64,000 nt of DNA from Actinomycetota bacterium (GTDB taxonomy: Bacteria > Actinomycetota > CADDZG01 > JAHWKV01), in NCBI GenBank assembly GCA_052389675.1, contig JBQTHR010000022.1, forward strand, positions 2,891 through 66,890, in the 5' to 3' direction. This document shows positions 62,114 through 64,000 of this stretch, one piece after another. The notes beneath the pieces were generated by a model, which was not told the origin of the DNA, searched no databases, and was given only the letters and a program-made list of their open reading frames with translations. Every line of letters begins with the position of its first letter. Within the stretch, counting starts at the first letter, position 1. A program made the translations under genes and the position numbers.

Positions 62114-63988
62114 TTAATTCGATTCGTCACGAACCTTCCTTTTTGACCGTTGCTTCCAGGATATCTGCCAGGCTTTCGGGAGTAACAATGAGATGACGGA
62201 AGGAGTCATGGCTGCGAGCCCGAGGGCTACGACCACCAGCTGCGCGCTGCGCTCCGGTTGGCGGTAGGTGGTGGCGAAGTTATAGCGGCCGGCGGGAACC
62301 GTCCATCCCCGCAACGCGCCGGCGATCTCAACCTGTGCTATTCCGGGCTGAGTTGACGACCAGCCGGGTGCTGCCAGCTCGTTTTCGATCAGTAGCGACG
62401 CTTCGGGCAAATCGACCCGGTACTCGATCCGGTCCATACCGTAGGCGATAGTTTCAACTGAGGCTGACAAATGCGAGTCCATGTCGTAGGGCAGACCCAG
62501 TGCGGTGGCACTGCAATCGATCTGTGAACAAGGGATCACCCAAGCGGTCCAAGGGCGAAGCATGATCTTGGTCAGCTTTGGGCTCTCGGTGATTCGGTGC
62601 CGGGCGGCGGAAATGGTTCCGCCGTAGTCGCCCAAGCGGTAGCTGGTGCCCAGGTAGCCGATGGCGTCGTCGGTGCTGCCCACCGGGTTGTAGGGCGCCA
62701 GGACTGCCGTTCGGCCGGGCCGTGTGGGCGGCGGATCGGCAAGCTGATGGCGTAAGGCGCTTGCCTGGCGGTCGTGCAACTGCCGGTCTGGGAAGGCCCC
62801 GGAGGTGACCGCCCAGGAGGTCTGTTCCGGATAGATTTGCAAGTCGGAAATCACTCGGGTACCTTCCACCACCACCAGTAGCAAAAGAGCACCGAATGTG
62901 AGCCGGGCGGGGATCCGGGTGCCGAAACGGGCGATCATCAGGCTGGCGACGACGATTGCCACTACCAGCAGTGGTGCCCGGGCGAGCGCCACCTCCCGGG
63001 AAGTCGGAGCCACGGCGGGACCGGCTAAGAGAACCGTCCCGGCGATCGCCGGGGCGATTCCGAACCGTTCGCCGGCGGCGAGCCGGCTCCAACCTATGCT
63101 GCCCAGGCACACCAGCGATACTGCGACGAGCGCCTTATAGTCCGAAGCGGGAAGGCGGGAGGGGAACAGCAGTGGGATTGCCGCCATTAGTCTGCCGGCA
63201 GGTGCCCAGGCGGGCAGCATGGCCAAGGCCAGCGCAGTCCCTCCTACAGCGACAAGCGGAGCTATCCCCCTTGCTTCTGGTTCCAGCGAGGTTGCCGGCG
63301 GAGACCGGCGGCGTTGGGGCGCCGCTTCCCGGTTGGATGTTGTAGCCAGCGGTGCGCTCGCCTTCTTATCCGACGGACGCCTCTTTCGGACTAGAGCCGC
63401 CACTCCGATCAGGATTACGGCGCCCACTGCCCCAGAGGTGATCGTCGCAGTGACCTCGCTCCGGGCGAACGGGTTCAGGTAGAGCCCCCACAGGTCGGCT
63501 GGGTGCAGCGCCCACGCCGCCCGCTCCAGCGCAGCAGGAGGGAAAGGACGAAACAGGCGGCCGGCGCGATCTGCGGCGGCGTAAGGTAGATAGGCTGCGA
63601 CGATGATCGCTGCTGAAGCGAATAGGGCCGGCGCCATGACCGGTAGCGCCCGGCGGATCGACTCCGGGTTGCTCCACAGCTGCGCAGCCAGGTAGACCGA
63701 GGCGACCAGCAGGAAACCTATGGTCTGGCCCGGATAGGCCATCGTTGTCATCGCCCAGGCCCACAACGGCAGCAGGAAGAACCGTTTTCCGGGCCGCCCG
63801 CTTTCCGGAAGCGTGATGATCCATAGCAGCCAGGGGGCGTAGGCGTGGCCTCTCAGGATGACATCGTGGGAGGCGTTGCCGTAGAAGCCGCCGAAGAACA
63901 GGTAGGCGACTCCGGCCAGCAGCGCCCATTGCCACGCCGGAACGAAGCGCCGGGCGAACGCGAAAACCCCGATTGCTCCAAATGCCAC
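62114..63988 (-). CDS. polytopic membrane protein with C-terminal extracytoplasmic domain (possible GT-C-type glycosyltransferase / polymer export protein); N-terminus may lie beyond window
   Basis: more than 10 predicted TM helices followed by about 200-aa soluble domain; ORF begins 12 nt from window end. Confidence 0.45.
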   Translation of the reverse strand: MAFGAIGVFAFARRFVPAWQWALLAGVAYLFFGGFYGNASHDVILRGHAYAPWLLWIITLPESGRPGKRFFLLPLWAWAMTTMAYPGQTIGFLLVASVYLAAQLWSNPESIRRALPVMAPALFASAAIIVAAYLPYAAADRAGRLFRPFPPAALERAAWALHPADLWGLYLNPFARSEVTATITSGAVGAVILIGVAALVRKRRPSDKKASAPLATTSNREAAPQRRRSPPATSLEPEARGIAPLVAVGGTALALAMLPAWAPAGRLMAAIPLLFPSRLPASDYKALVAVSLVCLGSIGWSRLAAGERFGIAPAIAGTVLLAGPAVAPTSREVALARAPLLVVAIVVASLMIARFGTRIPARLTFGALLLLVVVEGTRVISDLQIYPEQTSWAVTSGAFPDRQLHDRQASALRHQLADPPPTRPGRTAVLAPYNPVGSTDDAIGYLGTSYRLGDYGGTISAARHRITESPKLTKIMLRPWTAWVIPCSQIDCSATALGLPYDMDSHLSASVETIAYGMDRIEYRVDLPEASLLIENELAAPGWSSTQPGIAQVEIAGALRGWTVPAGRYNFATTYRQPERSAQLVVVALGLAAMTPSVISLLLPKAWQISWKQRSKRKVRDESN

Positions 63989-64000
63989 ATGGGCCGCTTG

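Overview
This is a high-GC window, probably from an actinobacterium. By sequence composition it is a mix of core genes and accessory material. Some coordinates, especially GTG/TTG starts, are approximate to within a few bases; HMM searches would firm up the family assignments.

Core or housekeeping genes include thyX, an FtsH-like protease, an Fpg/Nei-family glycosylase, lhr, acnA, a LigC-type ligase, a LigD polymerase domain, a 7-gene mrpA-G cation/proton antiporter operon, two L,D-transpeptidases and two cupredoxins.

Accessory regions, in order:
1. About 10.9-17.2 kb: a decayed phage-defense-like locus. It holds an SNF2 helicase with a C-terminal restriction-endonuclease-like (DUF3883-type) domain, interrupted by an in-frame TAG and a -1 frameshift. 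This is followed by a coupled small ORF, then a DUF1156-type DNA methylase N-terminus (HLWWARRP motif) truncated after about 95 codons and running into a roughly 450-aa ORF with no methyltransferase motifs (inferred partner-ATPase C-terminal remnant). An orphan vapC with only a vestigial antitoxin and a convergent Phd-like fragment sit alongside.
2. About 8.35-9.06 kb: an intact hybrid toxin-antitoxin pair (phd/yefM plus a PIN/vapC gene) with a perfect 14-bp-arm palindromic operator overlapping the antitoxin start codon.
3. About 25.8-30.8 kb: an insertion hotspot with three different IS3-family fragments, a 5'-truncated methionine aminopeptidase and a frameshifted SRPBCC gene. Embedded in it is a conspicuously low-GC cassette (about 28.9-30.1 kb) of three tightly overlapping minus-strand genes: a signal-peptide protein, a signal-peptide Cys/Tyr/His-rich protein and a 2-TM membrane protein. 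An AT-rich palindrome lies just upstream. This is the best candidate for an undescribed secreted toxin/immunity-like or signalling module.
4. About 35-52.4 kb (plus 61-64 kb): a large glycan-biosynthesis cluster. It contains a SpoIID-like protein, GT2, GT2-GT4 fusion, Wzt/Wzm-type ABC exporter, four SAM methyltransferases including a TylF-type O-methyltransferase, a trimodular methyltransferase-GT2-GT2 protein, a split transketolase, an epimerase/dehydratase and a polyprenyl-phosphate GT2; a fifth methyltransferase and a membrane protein lie at 61-64 kb.

Several conserved enzymes (Lhr, AcnA, the cupredoxin, an L,D-transpeptidase) carry Pro/Ala/Gly low-complexity tandem-repeat inserts.

No rRNA, tRNA or CRISPR array was found. 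The pseudogene calls rest on -1 frameshifts in G/C homopolymers and in-frame stops, which could in principle be assembly errors.
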